Below, in pieces: positions 63,071-64,000 of a stretch of 64,000 nucleotides of DNA. The DNA comes from Clostridia bacterium (lineage in GTDB: Bacteria > Bacillota > Clostridia > Oscillospirales > Acutalibacteraceae). The translations under genes were made by a program, and so were the position numbers. The notes under the pieces are model-generated. The model ran no database searches. It saw only the letters and a list, made by a program, of their open reading frames with translations, and had not been told where the DNA came from. Positions within the stretch are counted from its first letter, which is position 1, and each line of letters begins with the position of its first letter. Location: positions 199 to 64,198 of the forward strand of contig JAFQBE010000003.1 in the NCBI GenBank assembly GCA_017416765.1, given 5' to 3'.

Positions 63071-64000
63071 ATGTTTGAAAAATTTTTAACAGATGTACTT
63101 AAACTTGCTCCAAGGCAGATGTGGGGCGTTGAACAGCAGAAAATTTATGTAAAAAAGCTGTTTTCTGCAAAAAGCCTGAAAGCAGCAATTTCAATTATAC
63201 TTGTAATTATTGAGCTTTGCGGACTTACCATTCTTGATTACCCCACAACACCCCGCGGAGAAGAGCTTGACCTGACAGGCTACAGCCTTGTTTTTGAAGA
63301 CGAATTCAACGGCAATGCGCTTAACACAGATGTATGGAAATACTGCAACACAGGCGTACGCCGCGGCGGTTACCGCACACCAAGTCAGGTTGCAGTGAAA
63401 GACGGTAACCTTGTAATTACCGCAGAATACCTTAAAGACGGTCAGTTTGGTGAAGGCTGGTACGCAGGTGACCTTGCAATGCGTGAATGGTATAAGCAGG
63501 GCTATTACGAAATCCGCTGTAAGGTAAGCGACGGCGGCGGATTCTGGAGCGCATTCTGGATTATGGCAGCTCACCCGTACGAGGCAGAGTATTCCAAGGG
63601 CGGTATAGGCGGCGCTGAAATTGATATATTTGAAGCGCCCTACTACGGTAAAGGCATACAAGAAAACGCAGTTACACAAACAATTCACTGTGCAGGTGTT
63701 GACGGAGTAAAGGAAGGCTATCAGTCACGCATGCTCGGCGCATTCTACGGCAACGATATTTACAACGAATACAACACCTACGGTGTCAAATGGACAGAAA
63801 ACGAATACATTTTCTACATCAACGGTGTTGAAACCGCACGCTCCTCTTTCGGCAACGGCACATCACAGGTTGCGGAAGAAGTACGCGTTTCGCTTGAAGT
63901 ACCCGATGCAGAATTCCTTGCTCCCCTTGATAAAGAAACATATCACAGCGAATTTGTTGTTGACTATGTAAGAATTTATCAGCCCACACTCACACCGGTT
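63071..64000 (+). CDS. glycoside hydrolase family 16 (beta-glucanase/laminarinase type), 3' end outside the window
   Basis: Not in the ORF track because it is open at the right edge; GGAGG 8 nt upstream of ATG 63071; N-terminal TM; catalytic GAEIDIFE (ExDxxE) and YGVKWTENEYIFYINGVE motifs. Confidence 0.8.
   Translation, partial: MFEKFLTDVLKLAPRQMWGVEQQKIYVKKLFSAKSLKAAISIILVIIELCGLTILDYPTTPRGEELDLTGYSLVFEDEFNGNALNTDVWKYCNTGVRRGGYRTPSQVAVKDGNLVITAEYLKDGQFGEGWYAGDLAMREWYKQGYYEIRCKVSDGGGFWSAFWIMAAHPYEAEYSKGGIGGAEIDIFEAPYYGKGIQENAVTQTIHCAGVDGVKEGYQSRMLGAFYGNDIYNEYNTYGVKWTENEYIFYINGVETARSSFGNGTSQVAEEVRVSLEVPDAEFLAPLDKETYHSEFVVDYVRIYQPTLTPV

Noticed and set aside
1-64000. Mobile element, prophage or integrative island carrying the fibre locus
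   Set aside because: I found no integrase, transposase, recombinase, tRNA target, long direct repeats or phage genes. The locus is flanked by ordinary metabolic genes. A compositional check (GC and codon usage against the genome) would still be worthwhile but cannot be done by eye.

Overview
This is a low-GC Firmicutes chromosomal window, probably Clostridia (GGAGG ribosome-binding sites, rubrerythrin, SipW/TasA-type genes); the exact taxon cannot be determined by eye. All calls come from reading the ORF translations and the DNA; no database search was run.

About half the window (2439-35685, all on the minus strand) is one operon-like accessory locus. It contains:
- a degenerate stand-alone EAL protein;
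- six proteins with SipW-cognate signal peptides (GTYAWF / TTSYFSD type) plus one membrane-anchored relative, all with TasA/camelysin-like features;
- five archaeal/ER-type (SipW-like, S26B) signal peptidases, two of them with long charged cytoplasmic tails;
- a membrane-anchored McrB-family AAA+ GTPase, paired with a nuclease-less McrC/DUF2357-like protein fused to a ~340-aa K/E/A helix;
- a 5,784-aa GLUG-repeat surface protein;
- two paralogous single-pass membrane proteins.

The spacers around the presumed major subunit gene are filled with GC-rich hairpin repeats that pair fully only in the sense transcript. I read the locus as a candidate undescribed system for assembling a SipW-dependent fibre and a giant adhesin, with a co-opted McrBC-type motor and possible c-di-GMP input.

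The rest of the window is ordinary: a peptidase E-like gene, rubrerythrin, a sugar-related operon (ThuA, NahK-like kinase, CBM9-like), a PdaA-like deacetylase, pdxK, trmL, GH3, lysA, engB, lon, serA-serC, pgk-tpiA-gpmI, an oxidoreductase, a GNAT, and a GH5 / GxGYxYP-like / GH16 cluster. I recognised no rRNA, tRNA, CRISPR array, transposase or integrase.
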